Shown here in pieces: positions 11,450-21,564 of a DNA stretch of 64,000 nt. The translations under genes and the position numbers were made by a program. The stretch comes from an uncultured Alistipes sp. (lineage in GTDB: Bacteria; Bacteroidota; Bacteroidia; Bacteroidales; Rikenellaceae), in the NCBI GenBank assembly GCA_900549685.1, contig UROX01000001.1:133-64132 (forward strand), given 5' to 3'. Positions within the stretch are counted from its first letter, which is position 1. The number at the start of each line of letters is the position of its first letter. Under the pieces are notes generated by a model that made no database searches, had not been told where the DNA came from, and was given only the letters and a program-made list of their open reading frames with translations.

Positions 11450-12304
11450 ATGAAAAAAATCGTTGTTCTGGCGTTGGTCGTTTGGGTGGCGGCGTCTTGT
11501 GTGTCGAACAAGAAATTCAATTCGATGAAGGCCGAGGCGCTCCGTCTGGAGGGCGAACTCAACGCTTCGAAAGGACGTCTGGACGATCTGGGCGAGCTCA
11601 ACGACAAGCTGACGGCCGAAAAGATGAGACTGGCCTCCGACACGACCCGGCTCGGCGAAGAGTTACGTGCCGGGAAGAGACGCTACCAGCAGTTGTTGGC
11701 CGACGGTTCGGCCGAATCGGCCCGCATGTTGCGCGAGCTCGAAGACAAGGAGATGGCGCTCAACGACCGTTCGCGCCGCGTGGCCGAACTCGAGGGCATG
11801 CTCAAGAGCCGCGAGGAGGCGATCGACGCCATCCGCCGCAAGGTGACCGACGCGCTGACCGGGTTCGAGGGCAAGGGACTTTCCATCTCGATCCGCAACG
11901 GCAATGTCTATGTGTCGATGGACGACAAGCTGTTGTTCCGTTCGGGCAGTTTCGAGATCGACCCCAACGGTGCCCGGGCCGTGCGCGATCTGGCCGGCGT
12001 ACTGGCTCAGAATCCCGATATCAACGTAATGGTCGAAGGCCACACCGACGATGTGCCCTACCGCTCCAACGGACAGCTCAAGGACAATCTCGACCTGAGT
12101 GCCAAACGGGCCACGACCGTCGTGCGGCTGCTGCTGGAGAACAAGGATATCGCGCCGAGCCGCATCATCGCCGCCGGCCGGGGCGAGTCGCTGCCGGTCG
12201 ATCCGGGCAAGACGGCCGAGGCGCGGGCCAAAAACCGCCGTACCGAAATCATCCTCACGCCCAAGCTCGACGAGCTGATGCAGTTGATGGAAAAACAGCA
12301 ATAA
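11450..12304 (+). CDS. OmpA/MotB-family peptidoglycan-binding lipoprotein with coiled-coil N-terminal region
   Basis: Lipobox [36 protein letters not shown]. Confidence 0.88.
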   Translation: MKKIVVLALVVWVAASCVSNKKFNSMKAEALRLEGELNASKGRLDDLGELNDKLTAEKMRLASDTTRLGEELRAGKRRYQQLLADGSAESARMLRELEDKEMALNDRSRRVAELEGMLKSREEAIDAIRRKVTDALTGFEGKGLSISIRNGNVYVSMDDKLLFRSGSFEIDPNGARAVRDLAGVLAQNPDINVMVEGHTDDVPYRSNGQLKDNLDLSAKRATTVVRLLLENKDIAPSRIIAAGRGESLPVDPGKTAEARAKNRRTEIILTPKLDELMQLMEKQQ

Positions 12305-12321
12305 ACGAATAACCTCGACAT

Positions 12322-13035
12322 ATGGCAATCTACAAACGGGTGTTGTTGAAGCTCAGCGGCGAATCGCTCATGGGCGCCCAGAAATACGGTCTCTCGACCG
12401 ACGTTCTTTCCGAATATGCCGCACAGATCGGCGCTGCCGCCTCGGAAGGCGTGCAAATCGCCATCGTCATCGGCGGCGGTAACATTTTCCGAGGTCTGAG
12501 CGGTGTGGGACGCGGCTTCGACCGCGTCCGGGGCGACCAGATGGGCATGCTGGCCACCGTCATCAACTCGCTCGCCCTGCAAAGCGCGCTCGAAGCCACG
12601 GGAACCCGGGCAAGGGTGCTCACTTCCGTACGCATGGAGCCTGTCGGCGAATTGTACACGAAAGCCCGGGCGCTGGAACTGCTCGCAGCCGGCGAGGTGG
12701 TCATCGTCGCCGGAGGCACCGGCAATCCCTATTTCACGACCGATACGGCCTCGGCCCTGCGCGGTGTGGAACTCGAGGCCGAAGTGCTGCTCAAGGGTAC
12801 GCGCGTGGACGGCATCTACACGGCCGATCCCGAGAAGGACCCCTCGGCCGTGAAATTCCCCGAGATCACGTTCGACGAGGTTTACGAACGCCGGCTCCGG
12901 GTCATGGACCTGACGGCTTTCACCATGTGCAAGGAGAACGATCTGCCCATCGTCGTGTTCGACATGGATACGGCCGGTAATTTGCAGAAGGTGCTCGGAG
13001 GGGAACCTATCGGGACCGTAGTGAAAAATCGATAA
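12322..13035 (+). CDS. pyrH: UMP kinase
   Basis: RVLLKLSGE, GGGNIFRG, GDQMGMLAT, GNPYFTTD, VMDLTA. Confidence 0.98.
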   Translation: MAIYKRVLLKLSGESLMGAQKYGLSTDVLSEYAAQIGAAASEGVQIAIVIGGGNIFRGLSGVGRGFDRVRGDQMGMLATVINSLALQSALEATGTRARVLTSVRMEPVGELYTKARALELLAAGEVVIVAGGTGNPYFTTDTASALRGVELEAEVLLKGTRVDGIYTADPEKDPSAVKFPEITFDEVYERRLRVMDLTAFTMCKENDLPIVVFDMDTAGNLQKVLGGEPIGTVVKNR

Positions 13036-13060
13036 ACGAAATAAAAATAAGAACGAGATT

Positions 13061-13621
13061 ATGATGGAGCCTAAGGAAATTCTGGATGCCGCCCAAGAGA
13101 AAATGGACAAAGTGATCGCCCATTTGGTCGAAGCGTTGGCATCGGTTCGTGCCGGTAAGGCCAGTACCAACCTGCTCAACGGTGTTATGGTCGATTATTA
13201 CGGAGCGTCCATGCCCGTGTCGCAGGTCGCCAGCGTGACGGTACCCGATGCACGGACGGTCCTCATTCAGCCGTGGGAGAAAAACATGATCGCCCCGATC
13301 GAGAAAGCCATTCTGGTAGCCAATATCGGACTGACGCCCTCCAACAACGGCGAGCATATCCGGCTGAACATTCCGCCTCTGACCGAAGAACGTCGTAAGG
13401 AGCTGGTCAAACAGATCAAGGCCGATGCCGAAACGGCCCGAGTAGGGGTACGCAACATCCGTCGCGATGCGGTCGAATCCTTCAAGAAGGCCCAGAAAGA
13501 CGGTATGCCCGAAGACGTGGCCAAGGACGGCGAGGAATCGGCACAGAAACTGACGGATCGATTCAGCAAGAAGATCGACGAACTGTTCTCCGCCAAGGAG
13601 GCCGAGATCATGACCGTATAG
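13061..13621 (+). CDS. frr: Ribosome recycling factor
   Basis: VRAGKA, VDYYG, IQPWEK, IPPLTEERRKELVK, VRNIRRD; follows pyrH as usual. Confidence 0.98.
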   Translation: MMEPKEILDAAQEKMDKVIAHLVEALASVRAGKASTNLLNGVMVDYYGASMPVSQVASVTVPDARTVLIQPWEKNMIAPIEKAILVANIGLTPSNNGEHIRLNIPPLTEERRKELVKQIKADAETARVGVRNIRRDAVESFKKAQKDGMPEDVAKDGEESAQKLTDRFSKKIDELFSAKEAEIMTV

Positions 13622-13829
13622 GATCATCCGGATTTTCGGCCCGTAGCCGCTTGTCGTCTCCGGCGGACATCGGTCCGGCAGGGGCGATTATCGGCTTCGC
13701 AATCCTCGCCGGGGAAACGGACTTCGGTCCGGAACGGTCCGAGGATGCAGCTCTTGGGTTCGGATACCGGTCAGCGGTTTCCGGGAGAACGTCCGGAACG
13801 GGGGTGTTCGGATATATACGATTTTATCG

Positions 13830-13863
13830 AAAAGCCCGCTCCTTTTCCCGGAGCGGGCTTTTT
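13830..13863 (+). terminator. Intrinsic terminator downstream of frr (potentially bidirectional)
   Basis: AAAAGCCCGCTCC-loop-GGAGCGGGCTTTTT. Confidence 0.7.
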
Positions 13864-14099
13864 GTGCGGTCGCTTTCCTACCCCCGGATTCTTCCGGCAC
13901 CGTACGGGAGGTCGCCTCTGACAGGAGAAACCTCGCCGACCGAAACCTTTGCCGAAATATCCTCACCTCTTTTCTTCTGCCCTTGGAAACAGACGGAGAA
14001 GGGGCGAGTCCTATAACTTTTCGGCAAGCGGCAAAAGGTCGCCGTGCGGAGAAAAACAGGGCGAAAAGATACTTATCGACAGTCGTCGTCGGTCGCATG

Positions 14100-14149
14100 T
14101 GTTCGCACACCCGGTTGTCGTCTGCAGACGACAACCGGGTGTGCGAACA
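14100..14149. repeat. Perfect 50-bp palindrome with no spacer
   Basis: TGTTCGCACACCCGGTTGTCGTCTG|CAGACGACAACCGGGTGTGCGAACA, checked base by base. Confidence 0.95.
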
Positions 14150-14443
14150 GGTTCGAACTCGGAGGCGTCGGCAGAAACTTCGGATCGTAATCCGGGTGTG
14201 GCGTCGGATTCGGCGGATGTCGGTCCCATGAGCGGATTCTTGTACGAGGCAATTGCATATGACAAGACCCGATGTTTCGGGACCTATGTCCGGAATCGGT
14301 CTCTCTCTCGGTCGAAAGCGGTTACTCGAATCGATTCCGTTTTCGACTCCGGGGGCTGTGATACGAAGAGCGCGGCGAAGAGCAGACTTTTCGTCTGCGC
14401 ATCGAGGTCTGTAAATCTTGTTATATAAATAAATCGGATCGAA

Positions 14444-14848
14444 ATGAATGAGGGTTTGGCCGCCCGGATCGAACGGGCGAGAACATTGAAAAAGGAAGGT
14501 CGTAACTGTTCGCAATGCGTAGCAATGGCATTCGGCGATCTGCTCGGTCTCGAGGCGCACGACATCGCACGGCTATCGGTCGGCTTCGGAGGCGGATTGG
14601 GCGGACAGCGTCAGGTGTGCGGCACTTTATCCGGCCTGAGTATGGTGCTGGGCGGTTTGCGGTACGGCGCTCCGGCCGACAAGCAGGCCGTATATGCGGA
14701 AATCCGACAGTGTTGTTCGGAATTTTCCGAAATAAACGGCTCCTGCATATGCGAAGAATTGTTGGCGATGCGCGACAAGACCTGCATGGCGCGGATCGAG
14801 GATGCCGTGACGATTCTCCACCGCCATCTATCCGACGCTGCAGAATGA
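14444..14848 (+). CDS. C-GCAxxG-C-C family putative redox protein
   Basis: NCSQCV, GFGGG....VCGTLSG, CICEEL, TC. Confidence 0.85.
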   Translation: MNEGLAARIERARTLKKEGRNCSQCVAMAFGDLLGLEAHDIARLSVGFGGGLGGQRQVCGTLSGLSMVLGGLRYGAPADKQAVYAEIRQCCSEFSEINGSCICEELLAMRDKTCMARIEDAVTILHRHLSDAAE

Positions 14849-15554
14849 AAAACCACCAGCCCGGGGAAGAAGGAGGTGAGAGCGTAGTACGGAGTTCGGT
14901 TTCATGGTCCTCGGCGTCCGTTGCACAAGACGACAGTGCGGCAAATCCACGGAAGAGGCGGACGGGTGAATCGCCGGCGCGACGTCCCGGACGATGATTT
15001 CCCTTGCGGCCGACGCGGGCGACAACCTCGAGACAAGGGAAAAACATTTATTCGACAGCGGGCGCACGGCCGCTTCGTTTTTCAGGAAAATTTCCGAAAA
15101 GCCGTCTCGTCGGCCGCCTGTCGGAAGATTGTATATAGGATTATTCCGACGCGGTTATATCCTTATCCTTTGGGGCCGGCCTTTGGCCGCGGCTTCCGTG
15201 CTTTCCGTCTGCGCTTTACGCTCCGTCGAGACGAGATGCCGGTTCATAACACGTTGCAGCAACGAATTCCCGCGTCGAATCCGAAGAATGTATCGGGAGC
15301 TTCGACACATTAAAGATATATAACCGCCGGCTCCGATGTGCCGGAGTCTATCCCCTTCCGACCATTATCGTTCGCAGCCACGAACTGCGGTTCGGATCGA
15401 TTTTCATGTCGGAGCGAAGAGTAGCCCGGAAAGCGGAGACCCGAATCACGGATGTCGGGGCGTGGAGGTATGCGACTGTGTTCCGGAATTGCCCCGGCTT
15501 TTCTTTCGGAGCGAAGGAAACGGGGTGCGGCACGGAACTTGCTCTTTTCCCGGT

Positions 15555-15685
15555 AGCCCCGGAAGAGAATAGGATAGCGATCTATCTTGGTATGTTTCGT
15601 GCATATGATTTTGTTATGTTTTTCTTATTCATTGGTGGATGAGGGTTTCCCTGCGGAAGCCCGATAACTCTTTCCGGGGCTTTTT
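15555..15685 (+). ncRNA. Candidate structured small RNA / small-ORF transcript
   Basis: Closing stem 15555-15567/15668-15681, internal hairpins, U-rich core, 3' T5. Confidence 0.35.
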
Positions 15686-15703
15686 ACGAATCTATCGAAT
15701 ACG

Positions 15704-15741
15704 ACCGCGGCGCCTTTTATCGGAAAAGGCGCCGCGGTTTT
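15704..15741. terminator. 15-bp hairpin downstream of folE
   Basis: ACCGCGGCGCCTTTT-ATCGG-AAAAGGCGCCGCGGT followed by TTT. Confidence 0.65.
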
Positions 15742-15783
15742 CGTTTATCCGTCGTTCGGACGATTCCCCGAAAGAACTTCGCG

Positions 15784-16380
15784 TCAGGAGCGGATCAGAT
15801 GGATGAATTCCTCGCGCGTCTGCAACTGAGTCAGGAACGCCCCCGTAAAGGCCGAGGTCGTCGTACAGGAATCCTGTTTTTCGACGCCGCGCATCTGCAT
15901 GCACATGTGCCGGGCCTCGATGACGACGGCCACGCCCAGCGGATCGAGCGCACTCTGGATGCAGTCGCGGATCTGGACGGTCAGCCGTTCCTGAACCTGC
16001 AACCGGCGGGCGAAAGCCTCGACGACGCGGGCGATTTTCGAGAGTCCCGTGATGTATCCGTTCGGGATGTAGGCGACATGCGCCTTGCCGTAAAAAGGCA
16101 GCATATGGTGTTCGCACAGCGAATACAGTTCGATGTCCTTGACGATGACCATCTGGCGGTACTCCTCCCTGAATTTGGCAGAGAGCAGGATCTCGCGCGG
16201 GTCCTCGTCGTACCCTTTCGTCAGAAAACACATGGCTTTGGCCACCCGCTCCGGCGTTTTGAGCAGTCCTTCGCGTGCGGGGTCCTCGCCCAGCAGCTCC
16301 AGAATGGATGCATAGTGGCCGGCGAGTTTTCCGAGGGTTTCCTCATCGAAATGTTCCTGTTTGGAATAATTCTCATCCAT
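15784..16380 (-). CDS. folE: GTP cyclohydrolase I
   Basis: [49 protein letters not shown]; start at MDENYS. Confidence 0.97.
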   Translation of the reverse strand: MDENYSKQEHFDEETLGKLAGHYASILELLGEDPAREGLLKTPERVAKAMCFLTKGYDEDPREILLSAKFREEYRQMVIVKDIELYSLCEHHMLPFYGKAHVAYIPNGYITGLSKIARVVEAFARRLQVQERLTVQIRDCIQSALDPLGVAVVIEARHMCMQMRGVEKQDSCTTTSAFTGAFLTQLQTREEFIHLIRS

Positions 16381-16608
16381 GGCGATCGGTTCTTTTACTG
16401 ATATGGAGGCGACGATATACATTCGTGCTCCGGCAACCGGAAAGTCCGGTTCCATCGTCGTCTGCCGGACATTTCCGGATCGGACCTGTCCGGGCATCCG
16501 CCCCGACGGAGCCTGAATGACTTCCCGCAAGGGGCTGGCCGGGGTGCCATCGTATATGATCGCGAATGCGGCAAAGGTAACACTATCGGGACAGATAACC
16601 AAAAAGAG

Positions 16609-19104
16609 CTACCGGTCGTCCGCCGCGTTTCCTTCCCGGGCGCTCCGGACGAAACGGATTTCCGCATACGAGAAATCGCCTCCGAGATATTCCCTGATTT
16701 CGGACAACTTCTCACCCGGATGTTCGTCCATATAGCGGGAAATCGCAGCGATCCGGTCGTCCGGCACGAACCGTCCGACCTCGAGCGCTCCCCGGCGGAT
16801 CAGTTCGGCGATGTGCCCCTCGACCGTGGCAACGGTCAGGTCCCGGGCATGGGCCACCTCCTCGGGCGAGAGTCCTTCGAGGATCATGGCGAGGGTGGTC
16901 TGTCGGGTGTCTTCCTTCGGTTTTTTCTCTTTGGGAGCCTCTTCCCGCAGTGCAGACCGTCCTGCAGCACCCGCTTCGGCAAACGAGAGGGTCAGACCGT
17001 TCTCTTCGCGGAACCGTGCGACGAGCGGCAGTACCGTGCCGGCATATTTCTCCAGAAAACGCTGGCCGATGCCCTTGATCCGGGCCAGCTCTTTCTCGGA
17101 CGACGGCAGCAGGTTCGCCACGCCGATGAGCGCTTTCTGCCCCATGACCGTGTAGGCGGGAACGCCCAGTTCCGAAGCCTCGTCCCGGCGCCATGCACGC
17201 AGCCGTTCGAACAGTTCCGGATGCAGGATGTCGTCCGTGACGGCGATTTTCTGCTCTTTCGCCGTCCGGCCCGATGCGCTCTCTTTTTCGAGCAGGACAC
17301 GGGCTTTCGTTTCGAGATGACGGCGGATAGAGAAACCGTCGCGGGCCGATTCCAGCAGTGCGAGACGTATCCTCATCGTCTCGGCGGCCTGTTCCCGTGC
17401 GTTGTCCAGCGCTTTCTGCGCTTCCCGGTCGTCGGTCTCCTCCACAGGCTCCAACAGCGGCAGAACGATGTCGCGGCATCGGTCACCGAAATATTCCGCA
17501 CCTTTTTTCACCCGTTCCGCAAGCAGCGGGTCGGTGCGGCAGTCCGTGCCCGCAGCCGTCAGCCGGTCGAGCTGGAGTCTGAATTTCCGGGCGACTTCCT
17601 CGATCTGAGGCACGAAGGCCGCCGCGCCGGTTCGCCAGCGGTCGAGCAGGCGGGGATAGAGAGGGGCCAGATGTTCTTCGGTGAGCCGTTTCAGCCGTTC
17701 CAGTTCGCGTTGCACGGAGGTGAAGTCGAACAGACCGTACAACAGCTCCCGGTAATAGGCCCGGCTTCGTTCGGCGAGCGTCCGCTCGTCGGGCGGATTC
17801 GCCGCCGCTTCGTCGCAGAACGTCCGGACGGTCTCGTCGTCGATGATGCAGCTCCGGTCGAGCGGTGTGCGCAACACGATGCCGCCGAGGCTCCGGCAGC
17901 GGCTCAGGGCCACATAGACCTGTCCGTGCGAGAACGAGCCTGCTGCGTCGATGATCGCCCGTTCGAACGTAAGTCCCTGGCTCTTGTGGATCGTGATGGC
18001 CCACGCCGTCCGGAGCGGATATTGCCGGAAAACGCCCTCGATCTCTTCGGCGATGGCCTTGGTTTCCGGATCGACGACGTATTTGGCATTGGTCCATTCG
18101 GCCTGTTCCACGACGACGGGTTCGCCGCCTTCCGTCGGAGTGACTTCGATTCTGTTTTCGGTCAGTGCCGTGACGATGCCGATCTTGCCGTTATAGTAAC
18201 GTTTCTGCGGCGACGGGTCGTTCTTGACGAACATGACCTGAGCGCCTTCCCTGAGCCTCAACGCCCGGTCCGTCGGGTCGAGGTATTCCGGAAAGTCGCC
18301 CTCCGTCTGCGCTTCGAAAATGTGCTCGGGCGTCTCCAGCGCCTCGAGTTTCGCTTCGTTGATCGCCCGGGCCGTGTGGTTGTGCGAGGTCAGCGTGATG
18401 TAGCCCTCTTCGCCCGAAGGTTCGAATTCCGGCATGTATCGTTCGTTGAGAGCCTCGAGCGTCTGCCGGTCGATCCGGTTGTCGCGTACCCGATTCAGCA
18501 ATTCGATGAAACGGCCGTCCTGCTGCCGGTAGACGCGTTGCAGCTCGACAGTGACGAAACGTGTCTGCCGAAGAGCTTTCGAAGCGAAGAAATAGGGCGA
18601 TTCGTAGATCCGGCCCAGCAGCCCCCACTCCTCGTCGCGCACCACGGGGGCGAGCTGCCGCAAGTCGCCGATCATTAGCAATTGCACGCCGCCAAACGGT
18701 TTGCTCCGGTCGCGGTAGCGGCGCAGCGTGTCGCTGACGGCATCGAGCACGTCGGCCCGCACCATGCTGATCTCGTCGATGACGAGCAGGTCGATGCTCC
18801 GGATGATGCGGATCTTCTGGCGGCTGAAACGATATGTCTCGCGCTCGCGTCCCGTCGGAACGCCCCGTTCCGATTCGGGTATGTAGGGGGCGAAAGCCAG
18901 TTGGAAAAACGAGTGGATCGTCACGCCGCCCGCATTGAGGGCGGCCACGCCGGTGGGCGCCACGACGATCATCCGCTTGGGCGACCGGGCGCACAGGTCG
19001 CGCAGAAACGTGGTTTTGCCCGTTCCTGCCTTGCCGGTCAGGAAAACGTTCGTCGAGGTCTGTTCGATGAAACGCAGGGCCAGATCGAGTTGCGGATTGT
19101 CCAT
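16609..19104 (-). CDS. PIF1/RecD-like SF1 helicase with HRDC and C-terminal helix-turn-helix domains
   Basis: GKAGTGKTT, APTGVAA, DEISM, GDLRQL, TIHKSQG, YVALSR; HRDC-like LFERLRAWR...VPAY...IKGIG; start at MDNPQL. Confidence 0.9.
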   Translation of the reverse strand: MDNPQLDLALRFIEQTSTNVFLTGKAGTGKTTFLRDLCARSPKRMIVVAPTGVAALNAGGVTIHSFFQLAFAPYIPESERGVPTGRERETYRFSRQKIRIIRSIDLLVIDEISMVRADVLDAVSDTLRRYRDRSKPFGGVQLLMIGDLRQLAPVVRDEEWGLLGRIYESPYFFASKALRQTRFVTVELQRVYRQQDGRFIELLNRVRDNRIDRQTLEALNERYMPEFEPSGEEGYITLTSHNHTARAINEAKLEALETPEHIFEAQTEGDFPEYLDPTDRALRLREGAQVMFVKNDPSPQKRYYNGKIGIVTALTENRIEVTPTEGGEPVVVEQAEWTNAKYVVDPETKAIAEEIEGVFRQYPLRTAWAITIHKSQGLTFERAIIDAAGSFSHGQVYVALSRCRSLGGIVLRTPLDRSCIIDDETVRTFCDEAAANPPDERTLAERSRAYYRELLYGLFDFTSVQRELERLKRLTEEHLAPLYPRLLDRWRTGAAAFVPQIEEVARKFRLQLDRLTAAGTDCRTDPLLAERVKKGAEYFGDRCRDIVLPLLEPVEETDDREAQKALDNAREQAAETMRIRLALLESARDGFSIRRHLETKARVLLEKESASGRTAKEQKIAVTDDILHPELFERLRAWRRDEASELGVPAYTVMGQKALIGVANLLPSSEKELARIKGIGQRFLEKYAGTVLPLVARFREENGLTLSFAEAGAAGRSALREEAPKEKKPKEDTRQTTLAMILEGLSPEEVAHARDLTVATVEGHIAELIRRGALEVGRFVPDDRIAAISRYMDEHPGEKLSEIREYLGGDFSYAEIRFVRSAREGNAADDR

Positions 19105-19334
19105 CGTTCGGGTTCGTAAAAGGAAAGCCGGCACCGGAAGTCTTTTTTCCGAAAACCGCCGCGCGGTGCGCTTTGTCGCAGGGGCATATTTCGTGACCGC
19201 AGCGTACCGACGTCGAAATGCCGGTCCGGAGGTTTTCGGGACGTTACTCCGAGCGCTGCGGATCGTCTGCGGCCGAGGATCGGCCTCGGGCGGATTCGGC
19301 AATGCGGCCGCAGCCCGGTGCCGAGACGTATGTT

Positions 19335-19988
19335 CTACATTTTGTCGCCGTAGGCCAGATCGCCCGCGTCGCCCACACCCGGAACGATATACGATTTGAC
19401 GGTCAGTTCGGCATCCACCGTCCCGCACCAGATCGACGTATCCTGAGCCGAGAAATGTTTTTTCGCGTATTCGAGTCCCTCCTCGCTGGCGAAGACCGAG
19501 GCGATGATCGTACGCCGCGGCATCCCCGCTTTCTCGACCAGTGCCCGATGGGTCAGCACGATAGACGTGCCTGTGGCCAGCATAGGATCGACCAGCAGCA
19601 GGGTTTTGCCCGACAGCTCGCAGGTCGAGATATACTCGACATGGATGTTGAAGCTGCCGTCCTTGCTGTATTTGCGATAGGCCGAGACGAAGGCGTTCTG
19701 TGCGTCGTCGAAATAATTCAGAAATCCCTGATGGAACGGCAGACCCGCCCGGAGGATCGTCGCGATGACGATTTGTTCGTCGGGCAGAGCCACCTCGGCT
19801 ACGCCCAGCGGGGTTTCGACGGTGTGTTTGGCGTAATGCAGGGTTTTGCTGATTTCGTAAGCCATGACCTCGCCGGCCCGTTCGAGATTCCGGCGGAAAC
19901 GCATGCTGTCGCCCTGTACGTTCACATCGCGCATCTGGGCGACGAATCGGTTCAGAAGGGTATTTTCCCGGTCCAGTATTTTTATCAT
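19335..19988 (-). CDS. upp: Uracil phosphoribosyltransferase
   Basis: FRRNLER, ILRAG, VDPMLATG, YIVPGVGDAGD. Confidence 0.95.
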   Translation of the reverse strand: MIKILDRENTLLNRFVAQMRDVNVQGDSMRFRRNLERAGEVMAYEISKTLHYAKHTVETPLGVAEVALPDEQIVIATILRAGLPFHQGFLNYFDDAQNAFVSAYRKYSKDGSFNIHVEYISTCELSGKTLLLVDPMLATGTSIVLTHRALVEKAGMPRRTIIASVFASEEGLEYAKKHFSAQDTSIWCGTVDAELTVKSYIVPGVGDAGDLAYGDKM

Positions 19989-20010
19989 AAACATTCGGCG
20001 TTTCGGGTTC

Positions 20011-21207
20011 TTAATACAGAAAATTGTTGAACGGATAGCGGCCCGAGTGGATTTCGCGCACCATGCCGTAGAGATCGCGCCGGAACTTGTCGATGTTGAT
20101 CCTTTCGCGGGCCGACAGGAAGATGCACGGAGTATTGGCCTTCGCAATCCAGCTCTTTTTCAGGTCGTCGAGCGACAGGTTCTCGCGCGTGGCGGGCATC
20201 AGGTCGTCCTCGTCCTTGCGGATGTAGGTGTAGGCGTCTATTTTGTTGAATATCAGAAAGACGGGTTTGTCGCCCGCACCGATCTCCTGCAACGTCTGTT
20301 TCACGACGGCGATCTGTTCCTCGAAGTTCGGGTGCGAGATGTCCACCACGTGCAGCAGCAGATCGGCCTCGCGCACCTCGTCCAGCGTCGATTTGAACGA
20401 TTCGACGAGCTGGTGGGGCAGTTTGCGGATGAACCCGACCGTGTCCGAAAGCAGGAACGGCAGGTTTTCGAACACCACCTTGCGGACCGTCGTGTCGAGC
20501 GTGGCGAAGAGCTTGTTTTCGGCGAATACCTCGCTTTTGGCCACGAGGTTCATCAGCGTCGATTTGCCGACATTCGTGTAGCCCACCAGTGCGACGCGGA
20601 CCAACGAACCGCGGTTGCCGCGCTGGACGGCCATCTGCCGGTCGATCTTGCGCAGCTGTTCCTTGAGGCGGCTGATGCGGTCGCGGATGACGCGGCGGTC
20701 GGTTTCGATCTCGCGCTCGCCCGATCCGCCTCGCGTGCCGGTGCCGCCCCGCTGGCGTTCGAGGTGGGTCCACATGCCCGTCAGCCGGGGCAGCAGATAC
20801 TGGCACTGGGCCAGTTCGACCTGCGCTTTGGCGTAAGCCGTCGTGGCCCGCTGGACGAAAATGTCGAGAATGAGGCTTGTCCGGTCGTAGATCTTGTTCT
20901 TGAAAATGCGATCCAAGTTGCGCAGCTGCGACGGCGTGAGTTCGTCGTCGAAGATGACGTAGCGGATTTCGTTTTCCTCCACATAGGCCGCTATTTCGGA
21001 GAGTTTTCCCTCGCCGATGAACGTTTTGGCCGACGGTGCGGCCAGCCGTTGCGTGAAGCGCTTGACCGCGACGATACCGGCCGTCTCGGCCAGAAATTCC
21101 AGTTCGTCGAGGTACTCGGTCGCCTGCCGCTCGTCCTGTCTGTCGCGGATGACGGCGACCAGCACGGCATGCTGAGGTATGATCGTCGTTTTGTTGTCTT
21201 GTCCCAT
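20011..21207 (-). CDS. hflX: GTPase HflX
   Basis: GYTNVGKSTL, LFATLD, SDTVGFI, FNKID; -7 box TAAATTTG on - strand at 21287-21294. Confidence 0.97.
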   Translation of the reverse strand: MGQDNKTTIIPQHAVLVAVIRDRQDERQATEYLDELEFLAETAGIVAVKRFTQRLAAPSAKTFIGEGKLSEIAAYVEENEIRYVIFDDELTPSQLRNLDRIFKNKIYDRTSLILDIFVQRATTAYAKAQVELAQCQYLLPRLTGMWTHLERQRGGTGTRGGSGEREIETDRRVIRDRISRLKEQLRKIDRQMAVQRGNRGSLVRVALVGYTNVGKSTLMNLVAKSEVFAENKLFATLDTTVRKVVFENLPFLLSDTVGFIRKLPHQLVESFKSTLDEVREADLLLHVVDISHPNFEEQIAVVKQTLQEIGAGDKPVFLIFNKIDAYTYIRKDEDDLMPATRENLSLDDLKKSWIAKANTPCIFLSARERINIDKFRRDLYGMVREIHSGRYPFNNFLY

Positions 21208-21387
21208 ACGGTCGATTAAAGGATGCTGCCGGACGATGAGGGCCGGGCATCCGTTCGTGTTCGTTTCTTTTGCATACAATATACCACAAATTTACGAAGA
21301 AATCCCGATTAATGAAATCCGCCGCCTGTTCCCGGTCCGGACGGAACATTTAATTCTCCGTCCGGGCCTGCTTTTTTTGCATCCGGT

Positions 21388-21418
21388 TTTGGAATTACCG
21401 GAAATCTTTTTACTTTTG
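21388..21418 (+). promoter_or_regulatory. Bacteroidota sigma-A promoter of tRNA-Ala
   Basis: TTTG at 21388-21391 and TACTTTTG at 21411-21418, 10 nt before the tRNA. Confidence 0.7.
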
Positions 21419-21427
21419 TCCCCGTAA

Positions 21428-21502
<75 letters not shown>

Positions 21503-21510
21503 CATATCCG

Positions 21511-21537
21511 AAAAGGCTGTCTCTGGCAGCCTTTTTT
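21511..21537 (+). terminator. Intrinsic terminator after tRNA-Ala
   Basis: AAAAGGCTGTC-TCT-GGCAGCCTTTTTT. Confidence 0.75.
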
Positions 21538-21564
21538 GTTATCCTGCCCCTAACTTCGTCTGAT

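Noticed and set aside
11224..11643. Long N-terminal extensions in the ORF track (dxs; also helicase, rlmN, folE, mltG, polyprenyl synthase, DUF4488-like)
   Set aside because: The extensions run through promoters, the tRNA, the SRP RNA or neighbouring genes. Family homology starts at the downstream ATG.
16609..19104. PIF1-like helicase as a possible anti-phage component
   Set aside because: The helicase-HRDC-HTH architecture is common in Bacteroidales, lies downstream of hflX-upp, has host-like codon usage and has no partner nuclease.
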